A stretch of 45,862 nt of DNA from Patescibacteria group bacterium (GTDB lineage Bacteria > Patescibacteriota > Microgenomatia > Woykebacterales > RBG-16-39-9b): positions 1-45,862 of the forward strand of contig JANWIZ010000036.1 in the NCBI GenBank assembly GCA_025449635.1, given 5' to 3'. Each line of letters begins with the position of its first letter. The first letter of the stretch is position 1. The position numbers and the translations under genes are program-made. The notes beneath the pieces are model-generated. The model had not been told where the DNA came from. It was given only the letters and a program-made list of their open reading frames with translations, and did no database searches. Shown here piece by piece: positions 29,361 to 38,129 of this stretch.

Positions 29361-29954
29361 GTGTTCCCAGAAAGCGGGCTGGGTTTTGACTTTCTGGTAA
29401 ATCAACCGATTTACTTGCGGGGTAGAAGAATTGTTGGTCCTTTAGTCAACAGTTACTGGCCCGCAACTTTCGTGCACATGGAGTCAAGATTTTCGAAGTA
29501 TTTTCTTTTGCTTCCTTTGGCAGCTTTTTTGGGAATCGAATGGGCGATTGGGATCATGCTTGTTTATGGTATGGGCTACACTTTGTTTTATGAGTGGCTT
29601 AGCTCTCGTGGCAGAATCCCAGAACCAATGGAGACAAACAATCCCGCCAAAGGGTTTATGGTTGGTCTCCAGCAGTGGGGTTACTCAAAAGTAGTGAAGC
29701 GGTTGGGTCCAGGAAGTTCGAACCTCGTCAAAATACCGACAATTGCTTTTGGAGCCTTAACTTGTGGTGGTGTGGTCGCTGTGCACTACTATATAAAAGC
29801 TGCGGGTTATTCAGGAATTGGGGCGGTAGTTGGTAATATGGCTTGCAGACTTGCTGCCATTCCGGAAAAGTTTCTGTATCTTAGTGGTCTGTCAATTGCA
29901 ATCGGTCTGGTCAAACCACAAGCTTTGCAAATACTGAGCGAGATCTTCAGATGA
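29361..29954 (+). CDS. Hypothetical membrane protein
   Basis: Several hydrophobic segments; SD AAAGGAGG before a GTG start; own terminator. Confidence 0.7.
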   Translation: MFPESGLGFDFLVNQPIYLRGRRIVGPLVNSYWPATFVHMESRFSKYFLLLPLAAFLGIEWAIGIMLVYGMGYTLFYEWLSSRGRIPEPMETNNPAKGFMVGLQQWGYSKVVKRLGPGSSNLVKIPTIAFGALTCGGVVAVHYYIKAAGYSGIGAVVGNMACRLAAIPEKFLYLSGLSIAIGLVKPQALQILSEIFR

Positions 29955-30007
29955 CAAGGTGTCTTTTTGCTGCAAAGGCAACGAAGACCCCTTGTCTTAT
30001 TTTTTTT
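29953..30007 (+). terminator. Intrinsic terminator
   Basis: GACAAGG.GTCTT..TTGC...GCAA..AAGAC.CCTTGTC followed by TTATTTTTTTT. Confidence 0.75.
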
Positions 30008-30023
30008 CAATAACTCCAAACTA

Positions 30024-30052
30024 TTTACCCTATAGAAATTATTTGTTATAAT
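30024..30052 (+). promoter_or_regulatory. Promoter of the two-gene operon
   Basis: TTTACC-17-TATAAT with extended -10 TG. Confidence 0.65.
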
Positions 30053-30125
30053 CTCACCCTAAAAGTAGCAAAGGAGGATTTTACAACTTAATAAAAACGG
30101 ACTAGTTCAAACAAGGAGAAGATCA

Positions 30126-30413
30126 GTGGAAATTTCAACTCTAAACACCCAAGAGGGAGACCGAAAGGTCACTCTCGACACCCGGAGCGTGAACGGTCGC
30201 AACACCGCCAAAGAAATGATCGAGAGTAAGCTCAAAGAGGGTGCAGCGCTCTTCATCAAGATCAACGGCGATGACTTTCGAGTCAAAGGCTACGACCCGA
30301 AGAAAGACGAGCTGATTGTGCGTCGCAACACAATAGTTGCTCGACAGCAAACGTTCCGTTACCCGGGTCACGAAGCGAAACTCACGATCGTTCCTCCCCG
30401 CGCCGGCGGCTAG
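30126..30413 (+). CDS. Small hypothetical protein with a ubiquitin-like C-terminal Gly-Gly
   Basis: 95 aa ending LTIVPPRAGG-stop; SD AAGGAG before a GTG start; 2 bp from the next ATG. Confidence 0.75.
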   Translation: MEISTLNTQEGDRKVTLDTRSVNGRNTAKEMIESKLKEGAALFIKINGDDFRVKGYDPKKDELIVRRNTIVARQQTFRYPGHEAKLTIVPPRAGG

Positions 30414-30415
30414 CA

Positions 30416-31246
30416 ATGCCTCCAAAAACACTCAATCTGGAAGCTCCTGGGACAGAGTTGCTTAAAGAAGCTCTCCAAGGTCCCAACGGGTATGGAGTAC
30501 CAAAGTATTTGAGAGGCTATCCTTTAGTTGGTCGGTCAGCTGGTGTTTTAAACGAGGTGTTTGAAATTAACGATCACCCCAAATCAGACTCAGTTTTCCC
30601 AGCACTTTCTGAACTTGAGTTTCGGGACAAGTTTCTTGGTCTAGCAATCTGGTCGATGAGCTGGGAATTTTGGGATAGGTTTTTCCCAAGATTTTTTGCA
30701 GCTCTAAGAAATGAAGAGTTGGGTTGGAGATACGTTAATACTTGGCATCCGAAAAAGGGGGTTAAAATCACTGTCTACCAGACAAGTGAGGGTGAGTACT
30801 TTCACATCCCTCTTCGAACATATGATGATCCTTACTCGCTGCTAATACGTACAAATAAGGTTTTGGTCCGAACTGGCAATGTAACTGCGGAGAAGAAGGC
30901 TAGGAAAAATCTGCTGTCTCATCTCAACAGACGACAAAGAAAAGAGCTGATTCTTACTGGTTGCTTTGTTGAGGTTGGCAAGAACCGAACCAACTACAGA
31001 ATTAGGTTTAACCGACCGACCATTGCCTTCCGCGAAACAAAAGGTAAGGAGGGTTTGCGGTACGAAGAGTTCGTAGGTAGCTATTGCCTCCACTCTCTTG
31101 GTTATTATTACGGTACTTTCGCTGGAGTTATGGCACCATCCGATGAAATGCTAGCTCATCTACTAATGATCCGTGCGGACGAGATTGACTTCTTGAAGGA
31201 AGCGAATAAGCATGGGCTGGAGGATCCCTTGGGAGGAGTGTCTTAA
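30416..31246 (+). CDS. Hypothetical protein, operonic partner of the GG-ending protein
   Basis: 276-aa ORF with C-terminal AEKKARKNLLSHL..Q..YRIR..YCLH..P.DEMLA.LLMI..DE..FL..AN; followed by a terminator. Confidence 0.75.
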   Translation: MPPKTLNLEAPGTELLKEALQGPNGYGVPKYLRGYPLVGRSAGVLNEVFEINDHPKSDSVFPALSELEFRDKFLGLAIWSMSWEFWDRFFPRFFAALRNEELGWRYVNTWHPKKGVKITVYQTSEGEYFHIPLRTYDDPYSLLIRTNKVLVRTGNVTAEKKARKNLLSHLNRRQRKELILTGCFVEVGKNRTNYRIRFNRPTIAFRETKGKEGLRYEEFVGSYCLHSLGYYYGTFAGVMAPSDEMLAHLLMIRADEIDFLKEANKHGLEDPLGGVS

Positions 31247-31274
31247 AAGCAGAACACAAATGTTCTGCTTTTTT
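31245..31274 (+). terminator. Intrinsic terminator
   Basis: AAAAGCAGAACA CAAA TGTTCTGCTTTTTT, a perfect hairpin. Confidence 0.85.
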
Positions 31275-31342
31275 CTTTTCTCTAAAACTTTACTACGCTT
31301 TGCTTGTAATTTTTTTATTGAATCTTTAGAATTAACTTTCTC

Positions 31343-32002
31343 ATGATAAAAGTTGAGAGTGTTTCTAAGATTTACAAAACAGGGGATAGCGAATTCAAGG
31401 CTTTGGATAATGTTTCGGTCGAGATCAAAAAAGGTGAATTCGTGGCTATTCTTGGACCTTCAGGTAGTGGTAAATCCACTTTGATGCATCTCATTGGCGG
31501 TCTCGATAAACCAACAAAAGGTACAATTGAGGTTGACGGTCAAATTTTAAACAATCTAAATGACAAGCAATTGGCTACTTACCGCAATCAAAAAATTGGT
31601 TTTGTCTTCCAATTTTTTAACCTTCTACAAGGAACTAATACCCTTACCAATGTGACATTGCCGTTAGTTTATTCAAAAAAGAAATTCAACCGCAAAACTA
31701 AAGCTGTTGAGATCTTAAAAGAAGTTGGCCTTGAGCACAAACTAAAAAATCGACCCAATCAACTTTCCGGTGGCGAGCAACAAAGAGTCTCGATTGCCAG
31801 AGCTTTGGTAAACGATCCAGATATCATTTTAGCTGATGAACCAACTGGAAATCTTGATTCTAAAACTGGTCTACAGATTTTTGAACTACTTAACCAACTA
31901 AATGCAAACGGTAAAACTATTATACTTGTCACTCATGACAATTCACTTGCCGAAAAGGCTAAAAGAATTATTCGTGTAAAAGATGGTGGTATTGAGGTTT
32001 AG
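31343..32002 (+). CDS. ABC transporter ATP-binding protein (LolD/MacB type)
   Basis: GPSGSGKST, LSGGEQQR, ILADEPTGNLD, VTHD. Confidence 0.95.
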   Translation: MIKVESVSKIYKTGDSEFKALDNVSVEIKKGEFVAILGPSGSGKSTLMHLIGGLDKPTKGTIEVDGQILNNLNDKQLATYRNQKIGFVFQFFNLLQGTNTLTNVTLPLVYSKKKFNRKTKAVEILKEVGLEHKLKNRPNQLSGGEQQRVSIARALVNDPDIILADEPTGNLDSKTGLQIFELLNQLNANGKTIILVTHDNSLAEKAKRIIRVKDGGIEV

Positions 32003-32004
32003 AT

Positions 32005-33228
32005 ATGGGAATTTTACTAGATAGCATCAAGATGGCTTTTTCTTCCCTACTTGCTAAAAAGGCGAGGAGTTTTCTCTCGATGCTAGGAATAGTCATTGGA
32101 ATTCTGACAATCTCCAGTTTACTTTCACTGGCATTTGGAGTGCGGTCTGAAGTAGAAAAGACCATCACAGATCTAGGTACTAATCTTGTAGCAGTGACGC
32201 CAGGAAAACAACTTAGCGAAGAAGGTGGTGCTAACTTAGCAGCTCAATTTGGTCAAAGTACTCTAACTGAAGAGGATTTTCTGGCAATCAAGGCAGAGGT
32301 TATTGATGCAAAAAAGATTTCTGTGGCTCTGCTTTTAACAGGCACGACTAGAGTAGGCGGTACAGTTTCAAACTCCGCGTCTATTTTGGCTGGTTCCCCA
32401 GGGTTCGAGGAAATCTTCAACCTGAGTCTCGATCGGGGTCGACAATTGAACCAAGACGATGAGGACACCAACGCTAGGGTCGTTGTCATTGGTCCAAAAA
32501 CTGCACAAAAATTGTTTCCCGATCAAAACCCTCTTGGTAAAATTTTGGAAATAAGATCGACTGAATTCACTGTAGTTGGACTTTTTAAGAAAATAGAAAC
32601 CGCTTCAAATATTGGAGGTCCTGACTTCAATGATGTCGTTATGATGCCCATCCACACTGGCTGGGAAATTACCAATACCAAATCAGTTTTTCGAATTGCA
32701 ATGCAAGCTCCAGATGCGGAGTCAGTTGAGAGAATAAAAAAAGAGGTCAAAGATGTCTTACTTAGAACCCACAAGGGAGAGGAAGATTTTTCAGTTCTAA
32801 CACAGAAAGATCTGCTCAAGGTCACTGGGGGAGTCTTGGATATTATGACCGCTTTATTAGGAGCACTTGCAGCGATTTCACTTTTGGTAGGTGGGATTGG
32901 GATCATGAATATTATGTTAGTTTCGGTAAGTGAAAGGACTAGAGAAATTGGTATCAGAAAAGCAGTTGGAGCAACACAAGGAGCGATATTACTGCAATTT
33001 TTGATTGAAAGTATGATCTTAACTTTGCTTGGTGGTTTAGTCGCGATTAGTTTTTTTACCTTTGCTATTAGTTTAATTCCAGCCGATTCGCCAATACCTA
33101 TCAAACTTAATTGGGGAGTACTGACGCTATCACTAATCTTTTCAGCGTTAGTTGGAATAATCTTTGGTCTGATCCCTGCAATTGGAGCAGCTCGTAAACA
33201 TCCAATCGATGCTCTTCGTTACGAATAA
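32005..33228 (+). CDS. ABC transporter permease (MacB/FtsX type)
   Basis: RSFLSMLGIVIG, GGIGIMNIMLVSVSERTREIGIRKAVGA, PIDALRYE. Confidence 0.95.
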   Translation: MGILLDSIKMAFSSLLAKKARSFLSMLGIVIGILTISSLLSLAFGVRSEVEKTITDLGTNLVAVTPGKQLSEEGGANLAAQFGQSTLTEEDFLAIKAEVIDAKKISVALLLTGTTRVGGTVSNSASILAGSPGFEEIFNLSLDRGRQLNQDDEDTNARVVVIGPKTAQKLFPDQNPLGKILEIRSTEFTVVGLFKKIETASNIGGPDFNDVVMMPIHTGWEITNTKSVFRIAMQAPDAESVERIKKEVKDVLLRTHKGEEDFSVLTQKDLLKVTGGVLDIMTALLGALAAISLLVGGIGIMNIMLVSVSERTREIGIRKAVGATQGAILLQFLIESMILTLLGGLVAISFFTFAISLIPADSPIPIKLNWGVLTLSLIFSALVGIIFGLIPAIGAARKHPIDALRYE

Positions 33229-33318
33229 ACACGTTTTTTAACAACACTACTTGACAGCAGTTCAAAAAAAGCTTCACAATAACAACATTATTAAATCTCC
33301 TGAAAGGAGAGCTGCCAA

Positions 33319-34017
33319 ATGAACACTTTTTCCCCAGTAGAAGCAATTAAATACGGTTGGACCACTTTTAAAACCAATCCAAGTTTTTTAATTAAATTAT
33401 TTCTGATAGTTTTTGCTCTGGAAATCGGTTTGAGTATGTTATCTCCAAAAAGCACCGCTTCAAATTGGCCTTTGGTAATGCTTATATCTATTCCGACAAC
33501 CATTGTTTCGATGATTATTTCGCTTGGAATGATTAATACGCTATTAAAGTTTGTAGCTACTGGAAAAGCAAGTTTCTCGGATTTATTTTCTGAGTTTACA
33601 AATTTTAAACTAGTTATTAACTATATTATTGGGTCAATTATAGTTGGACTGATTGTGATTGGGGGATTAATATTATTGATAATTCCAGGTCTTTATTTCG
33701 CAATTAGGCTCAATCTATTTGTTTACTATATTGTAGATAAGAACTTAGGTTATATGGAAGCTGTAAAAGCTAGCTGGAGTGCTACTAAGGGAAATGTCTT
33801 GAACCTAATGATTTTTGGAACCTTAAGCTTGGGGGTAATATTGCTAGGTCTTTTAGCACTTATAGTTGGCTTGCTTGTAGCCATTCCAGTAATTTCCCTT
33901 GCCGGAATTTATGTTTACAAGAAAATTTCTCAACAAGGAACTCAAGCGGCTGCTCCTGCAGAATCAACACCAATTCCTCAACCAACAGTTGAGCAACCTG
34001 TAACACCAGCTGTATAA
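33319..34017 (+). CDS. Integral membrane protein (DUF975/YciC-like)
   Basis: Multiple TM helices, LLLIIPGLY, EAVKASWSATKGN; SD AAAGGAG. Confidence 0.7.
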   Translation: MNTFSPVEAIKYGWTTFKTNPSFLIKLFLIVFALEIGLSMLSPKSTASNWPLVMLISIPTTIVSMIISLGMINTLLKFVATGKASFSDLFSEFTNFKLVINYIIGSIIVGLIVIGGLILLIIPGLYFAIRLNLFVYYIVDKNLGYMEAVKASWSATKGNVLNLMIFGTLSLGVILLGLLALIVGLLVAIPVISLAGIYVYKKISQQGTQAAAPAESTPIPQPTVEQPVTPAV

Positions 34018-34074
34018 GTCTATGACATAAATGCTCTATTTACTTTAATAAAAAACTTTCTATAATCATTTCAA

Positions 34075-34944
34075 ATGGCAATATTTCTTTCGATAATAGT
34101 TCTGATTTTTGGCGGACTTTTGGGGTTATTTTTTGCTGAATCCTCCCCATACCTGGCTTTTACAATTTGGGGGATAACTGTTTTTATTTCGATTTATGTC
34201 GCTTACGCTGTCAGGATTGCTAATCAGTGGGAAAAGCACGTGGTACTGCGAATGGGTCGTTACAGTGGTTTGAGAGGACCCGGACTTTTCTTTATTATTC
34301 CAATTTTAGACAGAGTTACTTACGTTCTTGATCTTCGTACTCAAGTCTCTACTTTTGATGCTAAGCAGACTCTTACCAAAGATAATGTACCAGTTGATGT
34401 TGATGCAATTTTGTTTTGGAGAGTCATTGACGCTGAGAAAGCTGCTCTTGAAGTAACCGATTACTGGCTAGCGGTTACTCAAGCGGCACAAACTGGCCTG
34501 CGGGATATCATTGGTCAAACCGAACTTTCCCAAATGTTGGCCGGCCGAGATGCAATTGGTACTAGTTTAAAAAGTTTGATAGATGGGCGAACAGATGGCT
34601 GGGGAGTCGATGTATCAAGTGTTGAGATCAAAGATGTGATTATCCCAGCAAACTTGCAAGACGCGATGTCCCGTCAGGCTCAAGCAGAAAGAGAACGTCA
34701 AGCTCGAGTGATTCTAGGAGATTCGGAAAATCAAATCGCTGACAAATTTGCCCAAGCAGCAAAAAAGTACGAGGGCAATCCAGCGGCAATGCACCTTCGC
34801 GGTATGAATATGCTCTATGAAGGGATGAAGGATAAGGGTTCTTTGATAATTGTGCCTTCTAGTGCAGTTGAATCAATGAATCTTGGCACTATTGCCGGAT
34901 TAGCAGCGATAAATAAAGAAAATAATCGGGACGAGAAAAAATAA
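34075..34944 (+). CDS. SPFH/band 7 (slipin) family protein
   Basis: GPGLFFIIP, LTKDNVPVDVDA, AQTGLRDIIG, AMSRQAQAERERQA. Confidence 0.93.
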   Translation: MAIFLSIIVLIFGGLLGLFFAESSPYLAFTIWGITVFISIYVAYAVRIANQWEKHVVLRMGRYSGLRGPGLFFIIPILDRVTYVLDLRTQVSTFDAKQTLTKDNVPVDVDAILFWRVIDAEKAALEVTDYWLAVTQAAQTGLRDIIGQTELSQMLAGRDAIGTSLKSLIDGRTDGWGVDVSSVEIKDVIIPANLQDAMSRQAQAERERQARVILGDSENQIADKFAQAAKKYEGNPAAMHLRGMNMLYEGMKDKGSLIIVPSSAVESMNLGTIAGLAAINKENNRDEKK

Positions 34945-34949
34945 CTAAT

Positions 34950-35360
34950 CTACTCCAAACCAAATTCTTTGAGATCGATTTTCATTGGGCCATCAGTAAA
35001 GAATTTTCCAATTGACTCAAGTACCTGAGAGGGGAGGAAACGAGCTTTGAGAAGATATCCTTGGGCGCCAATCTCAACTGCCTGTTTGATGATAGAACCT
35101 TGTCCTAGATTGGTAAGTAAATACACTGGGGTATTTTTATAAGGCTCCGGGCTAGCTCTTAACTCTCGTAAAACATCAATACCAGTTTTTTTGGGAAGCA
35201 TGATATCGAGTAAAATCAAATCAAATTGCTCTGAAGTTGCTTTGTCGATCCCAATTTGACCGTCTTCAGCCAAAACAATCTCATAATCACCTTTCCTGAG
35301 TTCTCGAGAATAAATATCTCGAACAAAAACATCATCTTCAACCAAAAGTATTTTTTTCAT
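34950..35360 (-). CDS. Single-domain response regulator (CheY-like)
   Basis: ILLVEDD, DLILLDIMLP, LTN, YLLK. Confidence 0.92.
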   Translation of the reverse strand: MKKILLVEDDVFVRDIYSRELRKGDYEIVLAEDGQIGIDKATSEQFDLILLDIMLPKKTGIDVLRELRASPEPYKNTPVYLLTNLGQGSIIKQAVEIGAQGYLLKARFLPSQVLESIGKFFTDGPMKIDLKEFGLE

Positions 35361-35419
35361 AGATTAAGTTTGTAATACCTTTTTCATTATGACAATGACT
35401 ATCAATCTTGTCTAGGTGT

Positions 35420-35959
35420 TCACTTTTTCTTTTTTGAAGTTGCTTTTTTATCCTTCTGACCAAAGCGAGAAAAATTCGATACTGTTGTTATTGATCCGGC
35501 AGGAATGATATGGATAGTCCCGTCTTCTTCTTTTAACCAAATTGTTCTCAAAGTCAACTTAGTAACAATTCCTTTCTTTCCAGAAATTTCAATCTCATCA
35601 CCCTCGTCAAACTGATCCTCAACCAAAAGAAAAAAACCAGTAATTATATCTTTTACTAGTGTTTGCGCTCCAAAACCGATTGCCAAACCAACAACTCCTG
35701 CGGAAGCAATGATAGGAGTAATATTGACACCAACTGTTGCCAAAGACTCAAAAATCGCAAACCCTACAATCAAAGTCGAACCAAGCGTACGCACAATTGA
35801 ACTTAGAGTTCGGAGCCGCCTTCCACTGGGGCTACCTGAAGAAATTCCCCTTACAATCGAGCTCGCCAAAAGTTGAAATACTACCCAAATTGCAACTGCC
35901 AAAACAAAAATATAAATCAAACGCAAAGTATTGTGATCCAAAAGAGCTGAGTAAATCAT
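35420..35959 (-). CDS. Short MscS-family mechanosensitive channel
   Basis: ASAGVVGLAIGFGAQTLVKDIITG, GDEIEI..G.V, IP...I..VSN. Confidence 0.88.
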   Translation of the reverse strand: MIYSALLDHNTLRLIYIFVLAVAIWVVFQLLASSIVRGISSGSPSGRRLRTLSSIVRTLGSTLIVGFAIFESLATVGVNITPIIASAGVVGLAIGFGAQTLVKDIITGFFLLVEDQFDEGDEIEISGKKGIVTKLTLRTIWLKEEDGTIHIIPAGSITTVSNFSRFGQKDKKATSKKKK

Positions 35960-36026
35960 ATTAAAATGATAACAAGATTTTTAATAATTTGCACACAAGT
36001 AAGCAGTGTTGCTATAGTTTCAAATA

Positions 36027-36635
36027 ATGGATACTGCTCAAACGATTGATCTAGGTGATATAAAACCACAAACGAAGCAGAATGGTAAAAAAACTAATAA
36101 ATTTGTAATTAGTTTTGTACTTTTATTGTTACTAATTTTCTTTTCTGGTTTTGCTTTTGGAACTGGATATTTGTGGGGGAAATTTCAATCATTCTCTGGC
36201 ACTAAAAACGTGAAATTAGAATCAACGACCCCTGCTAAAAACATGTTGCAAAATGTTTACGAGGATAAGTCAAATAAATTTAAACTTTCTTATCCATATG
36301 GATGGAACGCGACTAAACGAAGTTCAGGAATACCTGGTGTTGTGTTTTTTAAGAATAAGTCTTCGGTTGAGGTTTGGTTATCGGTTGATCAGCCAGTTAC
36401 CTTTAGTTCCGAACAAAAATCTGCAATTGTAGTAACTAACAGTTTAAGCTTGAAAATCGAGGAGCAAACTGCGAAAATGACTGAGTATATATACACAGCC
36501 GGAAACTACTTTTCAATCATTAAATTTTCTGATAAGGATACTAGTCGACCGTTAGTTACCATATGGCTAAAAGCGGAGGACCAGAAGACTTACTTTCAAA
36601 CAAAGGAGATTGCCCAATCTTTTATTTTTAACTAG
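36027..36635 (+). CDS. Membrane-anchored hypothetical protein (PsbP-like)
   Basis: Single TM helix, Y.D...FKLSYPYGW motif, ends IAQSFIF. Confidence 0.6.
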   Translation: MDTAQTIDLGDIKPQTKQNGKKTNKFVISFVLLLLLIFFSGFAFGTGYLWGKFQSFSGTKNVKLESTTPAKNMLQNVYEDKSNKFKLSYPYGWNATKRSSGIPGVVFFKNKSSVEVWLSVDQPVTFSSEQKSAIVVTNSLSLKIEEQTAKMTEYIYTAGNYFSIIKFSDKDTSRPLVTIWLKAEDQKTYFQTKEIAQSFIFN

Positions 36636-36637
36636 CG

Positions 36638-37501
36638 ATGAAAAATCGATATAAGGTAGCTGCCTTATTTTTTTCAATTGTTTTTTTAGTTTTCCTACCT
36701 CACAGTAACTTATTAAATGAAGTCGAGGAGGCTCTTTCCGAACAGACAATTCTTCAGAAAAAAACCGAATCTAAAAAACTTGAATTGCCGAAAAAGAAAG
36801 ACCATAGCCAAGAAAAAGCCGCCTTGTTGGTAGAATTAGACTCCAATCTGAAAATACACCAAAATTTTGCTGTATCTATTTACGATATAAACAATCAGGA
36901 ATCGTTTGGTTTAAATGAAACTAATTCGTTTCACTCAGCATCAGTAATGAAAATTCTGGTAGCGACTGCTGCTTTGGAGGAAGTCGAGAAGGGTAAGATA
37001 AATCTAAATTCAAAACTAGGTAACGGAACTTTTCAGTATCAATTACAACAAATGATCAATCAAAGTAACAATAATTCTTGGGATTATTTTAACAATCTTC
37101 TTGGGTTTAAAAGAGAACAAGAAACTGCCGATCGACTTAACCTGACTGGAGCAAATGTTTTTCAAAACCACATGACCACAAAAGGAGTAACTGAACTATT
37201 ATTTAAGCTATATAATGGTGATGTCCTATCTAGAAAGCACCGGGATTTACTTTTTTCTTATATGCAAAAAACGGAAACTGAGAATCGTATTTCACCGGCA
37301 ATTCCTGCAGATGTTACTTTTTACCACAAAACCGGGAGCTATGGTGGAGGCTTTCATGATGCAGCAATAATAATTCACCCAAAAAACCCCTTTATTCTAG
37401 TTATTTTCACCAACGATATTACTGGGGTACCTGAATCTCAAAGATTTGCAGCCATGCAAAAAGCCGCCAGTGCTGCTTACAATTACTTTAGTTCCATTTA
37501 A
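36638..37501 (+). CDS. Class A beta-lactamase-like serine hydrolase
   Basis: SASVMK (SxxK), SNN, HKTG, HDAAII; N-terminal TM helix. Confidence 0.87.
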   Translation: MKNRYKVAALFFSIVFLVFLPHSNLLNEVEEALSEQTILQKKTESKKLELPKKKDHSQEKAALLVELDSNLKIHQNFAVSIYDINNQESFGLNETNSFHSASVMKILVATAALEEVEKGKINLNSKLGNGTFQYQLQQMINQSNNNSWDYFNNLLGFKREQETADRLNLTGANVFQNHMTTKGVTELLFKLYNGDVLSRKHRDLLFSYMQKTETENRISPAIPADVTFYHKTGSYGGGFHDAAIIIHPKNPFILVIFTNDITGVPESQRFAAMQKAASAAYNYFSSI

Positions 37502-37532
37502 CAATAAATTGTGCTAATCTAGCAAAAAAATC

Positions 37533-38108
37533 ATGTCTGATAAATCAAAAATTTACACTCGTACTGGCGATAAGGGCGAAACCTCACTTTTTGGAGGCGA
37601 ACGAGTAGCGAAAACTCATCAACGAATCATTGCCATAGGTTCGGTTGATGAGTTAAATGCTGCCCTTGGAACTGTTGCTGCTTTAACAAAATCAAAAAAA
37701 ATCAGAGTAGAACTTGAAAAAATACAGAGTGACTTGTTTTCGCTTGGCTCCGAACTTGCAAATACTGGCGGTAAAACCTCAATCGATTTAATAAAAACAC
37801 AGTCTCTGGAACGAAGTATTGATTATATGGACAAACAACTTAAACCGCTGGTGAATTTTATACTACCCGGCGGAAGTCCAGACGCAAGCCAAGCTCAACT
37901 AGCCAGAAGTATATCTCGACGAGCTGAAAGAGAGGTTCTTAAACTTAATGAAAGAGAAAAGGTTAACGCGGAAACCACCAAATATCTAAATCGTCTTTCC
38001 GACTTCTTATTTGTTTTAGCTAGATATCTAAATAAAAAATCTAAATTTCAAGAAGTCGTCTGGAAAGGAAGTATCTCAAAAGTTTTGACAGACAAAAAGA
38101 AAGTGTGA
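37533..38108 (+). CDS. PduO-type ATP:cob(I)alamin adenosyltransferase
   Basis: KIYTRTGDKGETSL, GSVDELNA, FILPGG, RRAER, YLNRLSD. Confidence 0.93.
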   Translation: MSDKSKIYTRTGDKGETSLFGGERVAKTHQRIIAIGSVDELNAALGTVAALTKSKKIRVELEKIQSDLFSLGSELANTGGKTSIDLIKTQSLERSIDYMDKQLKPLVNFILPGGSPDASQAQLARSISRRAEREVLKLNEREKVNAETTKYLNRLSDFLFVLARYLNKKSKFQEVVWKGSISKVLTDKKKV

Positions 38109-38129
38109 GAAAATTAGACTGATATTCAA

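Noticed and set aside
28939-29389. ORFs 28939-29283 (-) and 29186-29389 (+)
   Set aside because: Non-ATG starts without SD or motifs; they overlap the promoter, structured RNA and U-tract
36638-37501. Bona fide antibiotic-resistance beta-lactamase
   Set aside because: SxxK/SxN/KTG are present, but the omega-loop Glu166 region is not evident; more likely a cell-wall-related serine hydrolase
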